Virus record (IMG/VR): IMGVR_UViG_3300028800_000073
Coordinates: 15,825-79,824 of that record
DNA: 64,000 nt
Direction: 5' to 3' (one strand)
DNA from: a virus
Shown: positions 29,939 to 38,358 of the stretch, piece after piece
Layout of the letters: each line of letters starts with the position of its first letter
Numbering within the stretch: position 1 is the first letter of the stretch
The notes under the pieces: model-generated
Databases searched by the model: none
Seen by the model: the letters and a program-made list of their open reading frames with translations, nothing else
What the model was told of the DNA's origin: nothing
Made by a program: the position numbers and the translations under genes

Positions 29939-30604
29939 TTAGGCGCCCTGGACCTTGAGCGGGGTGACGGAGATCTTGTCCCCGTTACGCAGCACAGTCG
30001 CAGCCGTGGAGATCTCGTTGTTCACACGAACGAGCTTGCCACGGATGTCATTCAGGCCCTGCTGAGCAAGGAACTGAGTCAGGGTGATGCCGTCAATGGT
30101 CTGAACGGAGCTGGCGAAGCCGGCACCATCGTTGTTGATGTACAGAACCTTAATGGTCTCCACGGCACCCTGGACCTTGAGCGGGGTAACCGAGACCTTA
30201 TCGCCGTTCTGGAGAACGTAACCCGCATCAGCCAGGTTGTTATTCACGCGAACCATCTTGTTGGCGATGCTGACACCACGACCCGAAATGAACGCCGCGA
30301 GCGTGGTGCCCGGGGTGAACGCAACGGAGTCAGCGAAGCCGCCGCCATCGTTGTTGATGAACAGGACCTTGCTAGCAGCAGCGGGAGCCGCGTAAGCAGG
30401 GGCCGCAGCGAACTCGATCTCAATGTAGTCACCGTGCTTAATCGTAGCGTGACCGCTTGAGGGGGTCTCGGAACGGTTAATGTAGACGGAGGAACCAGCG
30501 GGGAGGCCTAGCGCGTTGATGAGTGCATAGACCGTGATATCACCGGCGAAATCCTTGAATGCCGGGGTGCCGCCGTTGATTTCAACGTTTACTGAGATAG
30601 TCAT
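29939..30604 (-). CDS. triple beta-grasp ubiquitin-like protein (ThiS/MoaD-like x3; cassette 1 Ubl)
   Basis: Three ~70-aa repeats; repeats 2 and 3 follow VL(F/Y)INNDG.GFA...VRVNN...L.NGDK.SVTPLKVQGA; identical 20-mer at 29946-29965 and 30168-30187. Confidence 0.85.
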   Translation of the reverse strand: MTISVNVEINGGTPAFKDFAGDITVYALINALGLPAGSSVYINRSETPSSGHATIKHGDYIEIEFAAAPAYAAPAAASKVLFINNDGGGFADSVAFTPGTTLAAFISGRGVSIANKMVRVNNNLADAGYVLQNGDKVSVTPLKVQGAVETIKVLYINNDGAGFASSVQTIDGITLTQFLAQQGLNDIRGKLVRVNNEISTAATVLRNGDKISVTPLKVQGA

Positions 30605-30608
30605 TTTG

Positions 30609-32930
30609 TTATTCCTTCTTAGCTAATTTGATGGTTTGATCAAAGAAGCTGGTTAGTGATTCGGCGTGTGTAACTATTAATATCTGTCTCCCGGTACTCC
30701 CGGAAAACTGCTTTAATTTCAAGAGTAACTGTTGTAGATGAACAACGTTGCTCTCGTCTAAATGGTTCGTCGGTTCGTCGAGTATGAGTAACCCAACGGA
30801 ACGCGCAAATGTGTCAGACATCGCGAGGCGGAAGCTTGTACTTGCTACAATCTTCTGACCACCGCTTAACCGGTGAGCCGGTAGCTCAAAGCCACTACTG
30901 AACTTGGCTCTAAACGACAGGTCTGCATCCAAGTAAAATTGAAACGGGGCTTCCCAAATCGCCATATAGTGCGCCATGCGCCTATTGATCTTATTGGCGT
31001 ACTCCCGCATCATTAGAGCTGGTAATCCATTGACATGGACTACTTCTCTAGCTCGGGAACACAGTGAAGACCACTTAGCGGCATTACGCTCGTGGTCATA
31101 CTGCTTCCTAAGCTGATCAACCGTACTACGGAGCTGGATAAGCTTGGCCTCAGTAACGCCGAGCTTAGTAACTAGTTCGCTTCGAGTTTGTGTCCGCGCA
31201 GACAATATCTCAATCTTTTCTTGAGCTTCTTGTAACTCTGCTGGGGACATCTCGAACTCACTGGTACCCAGTTTAAGCACCATATCCTTGAGCCGTGCTA
31301 CCTCTGACGCACACGACGCTTGGGCTGCTTGCTTAATCTGTACCCCTGACTCCGCTTTAACTACCTGATCCTGTAGCTCCCTAAAGGCATCTACGGCCTT
31401 CTGGAGTGACTCAATTTTACCGCTATCAATGCTGGGCAACCTACTGAGTTGAGTACTGATATCGAGTAAACGATTAGTACCCTGTTTATAGGCTCCCCAT
31501 TGTGTCTCCAAAGCGGCCTTACTAGCGAGCATTTGGTCGTATTGCGGTTTCGTGGCTTCAAGCATATTTGCCACAGCCACGCAAGCCGCTTTACGACGCT
31601 CTTCTAGTTGCTCCGATATAGTACCCAAATCCCTCTGGGCAGCAGCGACTCTCATCGATTGGTCGCTCTTAATCTTAGCTATCTCAGCATGCATAGTAGC
31701 GGCACGCTGCTTGAGATCGGCATCATTGAAGTCGACAATAGGCCGGTGGCACGTTGGACAGCTACCATCGGCAAATGTCTGTAATTCGTACTGAATCCTG
31801 CGGATGTCAGCCTCGATGACCACTAGCTTGGGGTCGTCACGTTTCAGTTCTGACAACTGTTTCGTTAACCCTTCGACACGATTCGCTAGATCCCTATCCT
31901 CTTCTGTTTGGGGTAAGGGTATCTCTTTGCGAATAATGGCTTTTAACTTTGAGCGGGTCTCGGTGAGCTTATTAATGGTCTCATCGTATATAGTGATCTC
32001 AGCACCGGGCTTAACCAGTTTGGCGTCAATAGTTTGACGCTCGCTGCTCAATACATTACGTTGTGTCCAAGCTGACTTAGCTTGATCCAATTCTTTAGCC
32101 TGTTCAGCAGCTCCGGTCCGTAGAGCGGAGAAACGCTGAGCAATGATATCGTATTCCTGCTTGGCTAAACTCAGAACCTTGTCGGCCTCTATGTAGCGCT
32201 CCTGCGCCAGGGAAAGAGCCTCTTCGGTTTGCCGTTTAGCTGACGCACTCTGTTGAGCGATCCTGTAATGCCTCAGGCGCTCTTCGTACTTCGACAATCC
32301 AAGTAGTTCTTCTTCAATAACCCTGAGTTGCTCCCGGAACTCCTGTAGTTCCGTTGTAACCGTTTGTGCGGCCCCTGAAGTAACTCCGAGCTGCTCTTCT
32401 AGCCCTGGAGTGACAGTCAGAGAAGAAATCTCAGTGGACAGTAACCTGTAGACATCAGCGGCCTTGGATAAGCCGAAGGTGTCTTGGAACTCTTTGAGTC
32501 TCTCGGTATTCGTCTTAAATAGGATGTCGTCAATGGCGTGCTGAGCAATGAAGACGTTGTTGAGCAACGCATCCATTCTGGTATTGAGTAGAAGAGTCAT
32601 CTTCTCTTCTATCTCAGCCTGCCGACTAACGATGCCTCCAGGGAACTTTAATTGTTGCCGAGATGGCTCTAGTACGCGCTTGATCTCGTAACTGCTATCC
32701 CCGTGGGTGAACGCCAACGTAACTGATCCAGTACGTTCACCCACAGTGATATTTTCAGCACGAGGCCCCGACGCGACTGACTCACCGGTAACAGCAAATC
32801 GGATCGCATCGAGTAGCGACGATTTACCGCAACCATTAGGCCCCAAGATACCGGTCAAGCCTTCACTGAACCGGATATCCAAGGACTTCAGTGGCCCCCA
32901 GTTTGTCGTTTGTAGCCGCGTCAGAATCAC
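30609..32930 (-). CDS. sbcC: Rad50/SbcC-like SMC ATPase (gp46-like)
   Basis: Walker A GPNGCGKS, Q-loop FIAQ, coiled coil with CPTC zinc hook, LSGGQ signature, LILDEP, VTH. Confidence 0.93.
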   Translation of the reverse strand: MILTRLQTTNWGPLKSLDIRFSEGLTGILGPNGCGKSSLLDAIRFAVTGESVASGPRAENITVGERTGSVTLAFTHGDSSYEIKRVLEPSRQQLKFPGGIVSRQAEIEEKMTLLLNTRMDALLNNVFIAQHAIDDILFKTNTERLKEFQDTFGLSKAADVYRLLSTEISSLTVTPGLEEQLGVTSGAAQTVTTELQEFREQLRVIEEELLGLSKYEERLRHYRIAQQSASAKRQTEEALSLAQERYIEADKVLSLAKQEYDIIAQRFSALRTGAAEQAKELDQAKSAWTQRNVLSSERQTIDAKLVKPGAEITIYDETINKLTETRSKLKAIIRKEIPLPQTEEDRDLANRVEGLTKQLSELKRDDPKLVVIEADIRRIQYELQTFADGSCPTCHRPIVDFNDADLKQRAATMHAEIAKIKSDQSMRVAAAQRDLGTISEQLEERRKAACVAVANMLEATKPQYDQMLASKAALETQWGAYKQGTNRLLDISTQLSRLPSIDSGKIESLQKAVDAFRELQDQVVKAESGVQIKQAAQASCASEVARLKDMVLKLGTSEFEMSPAELQEAQEKIEILSARTQTRSELVTKLGVTEAKLIQLRSTVDQLRKQYDHERNAAKWSSLCSRAREVVHVNGLPALMMREYANKINRRMAHYMAIWEAPFQFYLDADLSFRAKFSSGFELPAHRLSGGQKIVASTSFRLAMSDTFARSVGLLILDEPTNHLDESNVVHLQQLLLKLKQFSGSTGRQILIVTHAESLTSFFDQTIKLAKKE

Positions 32931-32932
32931 GC

Positions 32933-33139
32933 TTAGTTACTCTTGATCTTCTGGGTCAAGAGAACAGCGTTACCCTCCATGAGGACGGTGCCAAGGGCGC
33001 CGACGCTGCCATTGATGCGGATGTCGAAGCCTGAGGCGTCGATACCAGCTGCTGCTAGGGCATCAGCTACCGTCTTGCCTTCCGGGAGGTTGAGGGGGCG
33101 GATGGATGAGCCAGGGAACTTGCCGATGGTGATATTCAT
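32933..33139 (-). CDS. single ubiquitin-like (beta-grasp) protein (cassette 2)
   Basis: 68 aa ITIGKFPG...LPEGKTVADALAAAGI...DIRING...L.EG..VLLTQKIKSN; adjacent to E1. Confidence 0.8.
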   Translation of the reverse strand: MNITIGKFPGSSIRPLNLPEGKTVADALAAAGIDASGFDIRINGSVGALGTVLMEGNAVLLTQKIKSN

Positions 33140-33150
33140 GTGATTCTTTC

Positions 33151-33849
33151 TTATGACCGGGTTAGGATACAGGGAGGTGTGACGCCGAAAATTGTTTCTC
33201 TTGGCATCCGTTCGACCTTAGAGGCCTTGTCGGTGTACCAATTGAACCAGTTAATGAAACTCCATACCGCTAGACCGCTAACGATCTCAGCAGTGGGGCC
33301 AACGGTAATTTGCGAACCACAAGCACTGACAACAACGACTTCTTCGTCGCCGCAGAGAGTGCCCTCCCAGAATTTGACGTCATCAGGACTCGTCGGACGC
33401 ACCGTATAGGTACGACCTAAGTCGACACCCATACGGGTCTCGAACATGACGTCGATAAATGGCTTATACCGCACGGCCCCTTCCCAGATTTCCTTTCTGG
33501 AGGACATTGTGTCGGTAAGCAAGAATACTACGGACCCCAGCGTTGTGCGGCCATTAACGGCCTCACAATGTTTGGTCACGTCTAAATTCGTCTGTGTCTT
33601 AATAAGGTCAGCTAAGGCGTCTACCTTGAACTTACCGATGTCGTTGTTGCCGTAAATCTGATTTGCGATATTGTGGGACTCGACCTTGTCGAAATCCCAG
33701 ACATGCAAATTGATAACACCGAGCTTAGCCAGACCCATGGCGATACGACTACCAGTGGCTCCGACTCCGATAACGTCAATACGGGTATTGTCGAACTTAA
33801 CCGGCGAGAATACCTTTTGGTGCCGCATGGCATCGACTAAGTTACTCAC
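33151..33849 (-). CDS. ThiF/E1-like activating enzyme (cassette 2); start revised to GTG 33849
   Basis: MRHQ, VIGVGATGS, WDFDKVESHNIANQ, KFKVDA, LLTD, FETRMG; candidate Cys in SACG. Confidence 0.9.
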   Translation of the reverse strand: MSNLVDAMRHQKVFSPVKFDNTRIDVIGVGATGSRIAMGLAKLGVINLHVWDFDKVESHNIANQIYGNNDIGKFKVDALADLIKTQTNLDVTKHCEAVNGRTTLGSVVFLLTDTMSSRKEIWEGAVRYKPFIDVMFETRMGVDLGRTYTVRPTSPDDVKFWEGTLCGDEEVVVVSACGSQITVGPTAEIVSGLAVWSFINWFNWYTDKASKVERMPRETIFGVTPPCILTRS

Positions 33850-34609
33850 CCCAGAACGTTTCTTCGCTGAATTGTCCAAAGCGACCCGACGCAGGACCAG
33901 CCTGCTGTCCGGATGCCGAGAACTCCGCATGCGTCTTCATAGGTGCCGCGTGGGGATCTACAAAGTTACTTCTCGGTGTCGGCGTTGGAGTCTGATATGG
34001 ATACGAGATCAGAGACTTATTGGCCGAATAAAACGATTCAACCAACGAGTTGACCTCTTTACCCCAGTGGCTTTTTCGGTCGCCCCCGGCAGCGTAATCG
34101 ATCTCCCAATCAATATCCTCGACTACGATGTCCATCTCGAACCAGAAGAAGTCCAACTTCATCTTGTGACGCTTGTTCACGATGCCACGGAGCACCCAGG
34201 GGTACTCGTAGTTATCGCGGAACGCCATCGTCTGGTCGTTGTCCTGACCACTGGGCAAAACGTCCATATTGACGTGGCTATGGAAATAGCCGCGCAAGTT
34301 ATTGGCACGCCACAACGCTGGATCGATACCAGCGGCCATGTCCTCAGCGATAAGCTGAGTACCTAGTGTGGATAGCCCCTCGGAAGTCAGCTCAGTGGTT
34401 GTCGAGTGAACCTGCTGCTTGAACAAATAGACGTCATCAACATAAATGACGCGCTCGCCGTTCTCTTTGACTAAACGAGCCGTGGTCAGCCAGCCGACTT
34501 CGGTACTAACAATATCAGTCAAAATCCACATATCCGTAGCCGCCCTGAGTGAGACTTTCACTCGGGGGCAGCCTAGGACGGTGGTCTGGAATGCATGTGG
34601 ATTAAACAT
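33842..34609 (-). CDS. JAB/MPN metallopeptidase (cassette 2)
   Basis: TEVGWL...YFHSHVNMDVLPSGQD JAMM motif. Confidence 0.85.
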   Translation of the reverse strand: MFNPHAFQTTVLGCPRVKVSLRAATDMWILTDIVSTEVGWLTTARLVKENGERVIYVDDVYLFKQQVHSTTTELTSEGLSTLGTQLIAEDMAAGIDPALWRANNLRGYFHSHVNMDVLPSGQDNDQTMAFRDNYEYPWVLRGIVNKRHKMKLDFFWFEMDIVVEDIDWEIDYAAGGDRKSHWGKEVNSLVESFYSANKSLISYPYQTPTPTPRSNFVDPHAAPMKTHAEFSASGQQAGPASGRFGQFSEETFWGE

Positions 34610-36351
34610 TAGAACGGCCCTTCTCCTGGAGTTCTTTCTACTTCGTCAGCATCTTCTGGTGCCCCAACTGCTACAAGCTCTTCTAAAGCAGCGGCAATAA
34701 CTTCAACAATCTCTGCACCGTCAACAGCAGTAGCCGTGCCAGTAGCGCCGGCTCCGGCATCAACAATCGTTACAGTATCAACAGCAACAGGTGGTACCGC
34801 AACAGGTGGTACCGCAACAGGTGGTACCGCAACAGGTGGTGCTTCAGCCACTGCTGGGGTTTCTTCTTCACCCTCTAGAATGCCTTCAACAACAGTCTCA
34901 ACGGTATCGACTTCAACGGGCTGCCCAGCTGCCGCTCGTGCTGCACGACGCAACTCCCGAGCTGCTTCCTTATCGATCTCCTGTTGCTTAACCGATAGCG
35001 GCCAAGCATGAACCATCTTGCCGGCGGCGTCGTCAACATTGCAGGTCTGGAGAATCGCAATCACTAGCTCGATGGCATCAGCAATCTGATATCCAGCGAC
35101 TAGCTTCGGTAGCACCTCTTCCATATTGCCGAGACACATACGCCCCGTTGGGAACACATGGGGACCATGCATATTGGGCTGCATACCAGTCACTTGGCGA
35201 TCAAGGTTGGTAACGACGATGTTGTACCGCTTGATATCGATATGAATCGACATGCGACCAACTTCGTGCTCCTTCTTCGACCGTGGATCAACTACTGTCA
35301 AAGTATTGGTGCGCACCGTAATATTACCGTTACGCATCCTGATCTGCTGGATCAACGGATTAGCCGCCAGACGATCATACTCTGCTGTGAATCGCGGAGT
35401 ACTGAAATCGGCATCATTGTCTAGTACTGCTATTTCCTTGAGGCACTGGCGTTCTTCGCGGATCCCGTCAAATACCTTCTTATTCAAGTTCGTAAGCTCG
35501 GTCTGGACCGTGTTCAGTCTATTGGTGATCTCACGGACCTGGATCTGCTTACGCTTCTCAACCATTCTGACGTAGTCCGCTCGTAGCGCTGCTGGATCAG
35601 TCTCGACGAGCTTAGCACGGGCATAGTTCTCGGCAACGTATTGAATGATCTTCTTGAAGATCTCAACTTCTCTAGGGCTATTGTTGTGACACAAGTCCGA
35701 ATAGATATAGAGGTTATTCTCATCGAAGCCTGCAATCGGTCGCTCGGGATACTCCGGGGAGCAAACGTCTATGCCCTCAGTCCATGGGACGCCATCCATT
35801 GCGTCACGGGTCTGTAACTCCATGCCCCACAGAATCCGAGGTGGATCATACGAGGGCTCGCCTCCATCTCGTGCTTCTGGAGTAGCCCACACATGAATCT
35901 TGAACATCGATTCAAGGGTATTGGGAACAATGGAACGACTATTATGTGGTACGTCGATAGTGACATCGCGCTTAATGACGGGGACCAAGATCTCACGGCA
36001 GATCTTTAGCCAGCCATCGGCTACTGGGTTACTGACAACACCACCACGGATATGACCCCAGTTAACTATACGGATCGTTGAAGGATCCCTACCGGCAACG
36101 GACGGGGTACCATCACGATAAACAATTTGAGCAACCTTTATGATAACCCCGGCAGCTTCAGCTGTTGGCGGTGTAGCAACGGTAGCGGTGATATTGTAGA
36201 GCTTACGACCAGAGCTTTCAATCTTAGCGATTAATGCTTCTCTAGCTACGAAGTGACCACCATGCTGGGGTTCACCGTAGATACGCAAGCCGATCCCACG
36301 AAGTTCTTCGCGGGACATCTCGGTTGCTTTGACAAGGACTAGTTCAGGCAT
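34609..36351 (-). CDS. prokaryotic E2-like conjugating enzyme with coiled coil and acidic low-complexity tail (cassette 2)
   Basis: HGPHVFPTGRMCLGN signature, preceded by VGRMSIHID strands and followed by helix ..IAILQTCN.DD..G....W. Confidence 0.75.
   Translation of the reverse strand: MPELVLVKATEMSREELRGIGLRIYGEPQHGGHFVAREALIAKIESSGRKLYNITATVATPPTAEAAGVIIKVAQIVYRDGTPSVAGRDPSTIRIVNWGHIRGGVVSNPVADGWLKICREILVPVIKRDVTIDVPHNSRSIVPNTLESMFKIHVWATPEARDGGEPSYDPPRILWGMELQTRDAMDGVPWTEGIDVCSPEYPERPIAGFDENNLYIYSDLCHNNSPREVEIFKKIIQYVAENYARAKLVETDPAALRADYVRMVEKRKQIQVREITNRLNTVQTELTNLNKKVFDGIREERQCLKEIAVLDNDADFSTPRFTAEYDRLAANPLIQQIRMRNGNITVRTNTLTVVDPRSKKEHEVGRMSIHIDIKRYNIVVTNLDRQVTGMQPNMHGPHVFPTGRMCLGNMEEVLPKLVAGYQIADAIELVIAILQTCNVDDAAGKMVHAWPLSVKQQEIDKEAARELRRAARAAAGQPVEVDTVETVVEGILEGEEETPAVAEAPPVAVPPVAVPPVAVPPVAVDTVTIVDAGAGATGTATAVDGAEIVEVIAAALEELVAVGAPEDADEVERTPGEGPF
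34784..34840. repeat. 15-bp tandem repeat (GCAACAGGTGGTACC x3.8) encoding PPVAV repeats
   Basis: Exact units at 34784, 34799, 34814; partial at 34829. Confidence 0.9.
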
Positions 36352-37444
36352 TGATATTTTCTCGTTTCTTAATGAGTATTTCTACTGGGTCTGAGTTTGG
36401 TTCTAAGAGATTGAGTAAGAAGCCGTGTAATTCGGACTGTTTATTGGGGTCGACTAATGTACTAAGTAATGCTGCGACAGAGATGTCATCGGTCTCTTGT
36501 GACGACTGAAGCTCCTCAGCGTCTTCGGTGTCTAGGACGGGGTCGCGGTGGATGATGGCCTTTCGTGTTTCTACGAAGCGTTTGTAGATCTCCGAAAATG
36601 AGGTATTCATTTCCGGTGAATGATGGATCCAAGCAAATGGGGGAAGTGGTCCAGCTTCCATGTCACCGCAGGCTTCGCAGAGCCAGTTGTGGACATGAGA
36701 CAGACCGATATCGTCTAAGACCGTAAAGCGTTTGATATGACGGTACGACAAGGGATGCCGGTCATAGGACAGGTCGTCGTTAATGACGACACAGCTCTTG
36801 GGTCCGATCTGCGTGATATCCCTGGCGTGACCGGGACCGGTATAACAGGCTCGGCGGTTACCGGGTAGTGTGAAGTCCATCGGTACGTGGATATCACCGA
36901 TAACAGTCAATTTACAGTTACCCGGAATCCACTCTAAATCACAGTTCCAAGCATTCTCGAAGCCCAGGGCTTGCTTGACGGCTTGGTGGAGGAACAAAAC
37001 CCTTTCTGTGCCTTCAGGATCGACTTTGTTGGCTAACCCCTCCAAGGAGGCCTTGATGTCATCTTTCGAGCTGTAATCGAACCCCAGGGCAGAGCAACCA
37101 CCTAAATCAAACGGTTCCCCGTTGCCAACGTACTTCGGCCAGTCATGGAGCGCACTGGGCCACGGAGTCTTTTGGAGGTCATGATTGCCTTGGATAAAGA
37201 ATACTGGGATCCCAGCTTCTTTGGCGCGATCCATTTGTCTTCGGTGAATCGTTACGAGATCAGAAGACGGTTTCGTAGTGTCAAAGAGATCCCCAACGAT
37301 CACTGCTGGTACCTTCAGCCCAATGGCTGCGCCAATGAAACTGCTGTAACCCAGTTCAGAGTCTCCTCTTACGGTATCTATACTACTCCAGATCTTAGGG
37401 TCTAAGTGGATGTCTCCAAGTGCTACTGCAATCGGTTTTGTCAT
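36344..37444 (-). CDS. sbcD: Mre11/SbcD-like nuclease (gp47-like)
   Basis: GDIHL, VGDLFD, QGNHD, FLHQ, GDIH, YTG. Confidence 0.9.
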   Translation of the reverse strand: MTKPIAVALGDIHLDPKIWSSIDTVRGDSELGYSSFIGAAIGLKVPAVIVGDLFDTTKPSSDLVTIHRRQMDRAKEAGIPVFFIQGNHDLQKTPWPSALHDWPKYVGNGEPFDLGGCSALGFDYSSKDDIKASLEGLANKVDPEGTERVLFLHQAVKQALGFENAWNCDLEWIPGNCKLTVIGDIHVPMDFTLPGNRRACYTGPGHARDITQIGPKSCVVINDDLSYDRHPLSYRHIKRFTVLDDIGLSHVHNWLCEACGDMEAGPLPPFAWIHHSPEMNTSFSEIYKRFVETRKAIIHRDPVLDTEDAEELQSSQETDDISVAALLSTLVDPNKQSELHGFLLNLLEPNSDPVEILIKKRENINA

Positions 37445-37473
37445 AAAGTATTGTCCAAGTTAGTGTTATACAA

Positions 37474-37653
37474 ACGTGTTCTTAATTCGAGTAAGTACTC
37501 TCTATTTTCTTTGTCTATTAGGTCATACAAAGTCTATTATATAGAGAGATATAATATACTTTCCCGCAATAAGAACACGTTTTGGGACCTACTGAAAAAT
37601 CATGTTCTTATTAATGGAAAGTATTATAATACTTTCTCGAATTAAGAACATGT
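37474..37653. repeat. AT-rich region with four 24-bp repeats in two inverted pairs (candidate origin/operator)
   Basis: Unit ~TACTTTCNCGAAWTAAGAACAYGT at 37474-97(-), 37557-80(+), 37600-23(-), 37630-53(+); perfect 20-bp palindrome 37617-37636. Confidence 0.8.
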
Positions 37654-38358
37654 CTGTTTCCGACCGACTCTGGCCCACCTATGGATGTCTCTGAACTTCT
37701 CAACAACTAGTTCGTAGTCGCCATTGACTTCATTGACATCGAGTCCAAGGAACGGTGGAACACAGTCCTGGGTCCAAGCACTGAGGGCACCTTCCTTAGA
37801 AGTGAAAAGATTATCAGTAACTCCTAATGCCTTATAACTATCTATGGCTTTACCGGTATCCCGGAATTGCTTGAGATCACTGATCCCTGACAGGCTACAG
37901 ATACCGTGGTTGGTACCACCGATGTAGGTGACATATCTGGTATAGAAACCAATATTCCATCGTCTCGGCTTAGTAATCCGTTTATAGGCTACACCGTTAA
38001 TCTCTTGATCCAGCGGAATCGTATCGAGATACCGCCAGACATAGTAGGGATAATCCATTTCTACAAAACGAGTTAAGAGTCTTGACTGGATCCTGTACCA
38101 ACAACTTGGGCATGCCAAGCTGTTACAGTAGTGTCCCGACCTATTGAACCCCCGCAGCCCCCTACACTCGGCTCCGCTTAACTCGTCGTAGCGTTCCTGT
38201 CTATTCCTGAAGAAACGCCACCAATTACTATAGTTCTCGCTATGAGCCAGCATAGACTGCGTCAAATAGTAGTTCATCATGTCTTGGACGCTGTCGCCAA
38301 GAAACTCTGGTTCCATATATTCCTTTAAAGAGACCGGGTAGTCTCGGCTACCGGTCAA
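37642..38358 (-). CDS. hypothetical Zn-finger protein, possibly replication-initiator-like
   Basis: EC...YCNSLACPSCWYR resembles the Zn finger of Rep_1/IS91-type proteins; no clear HUH. Confidence 0.4.
   Translation of the reverse strand: MTGSRDYPVSLKEYMEPEFLGDSVQDMMNYYLTQSMLAHSENYSNWWRFFRNRQERYDELSGAECRGLRGFNRSGHYCNSLACPSCWYRIQSRLLTRFVEMDYPYYVWRYLDTIPLDQEINGVAYKRITKPRRWNIGFYTRYVTYIGGTNHGICSLSGISDLKQFRDTGKAIDSYKALGVTDNLFTSKEGALSAWTQDCVPPFLGLDVNEVNGDYELVVEKFRDIHRWARVGRKQTCS

Noticed and set aside
29885-30460. 191-aa plus-strand ORF, and other long antisense ORFs such as 33671-34366, 14557-15162, 49441-50061 and 11413-11961
   Set aside because: Shadow frames of codon-biased minus-strand genes, with no motifs.
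24247-33849. ThiF + ThiS/MoaD as thiamine or molybdopterin biosynthesis genes
   Set aside because: No ThiG, MoaE or cysteine desulfurase nearby; the E1s lack Zn CxxC pairs and are paired with E2 and JAB genes.
37474-37653. CRISPR mini-array
   Set aside because: Repeats alternate in orientation with irregular spacing (59, 19, 6 nt), and there are no cas genes.
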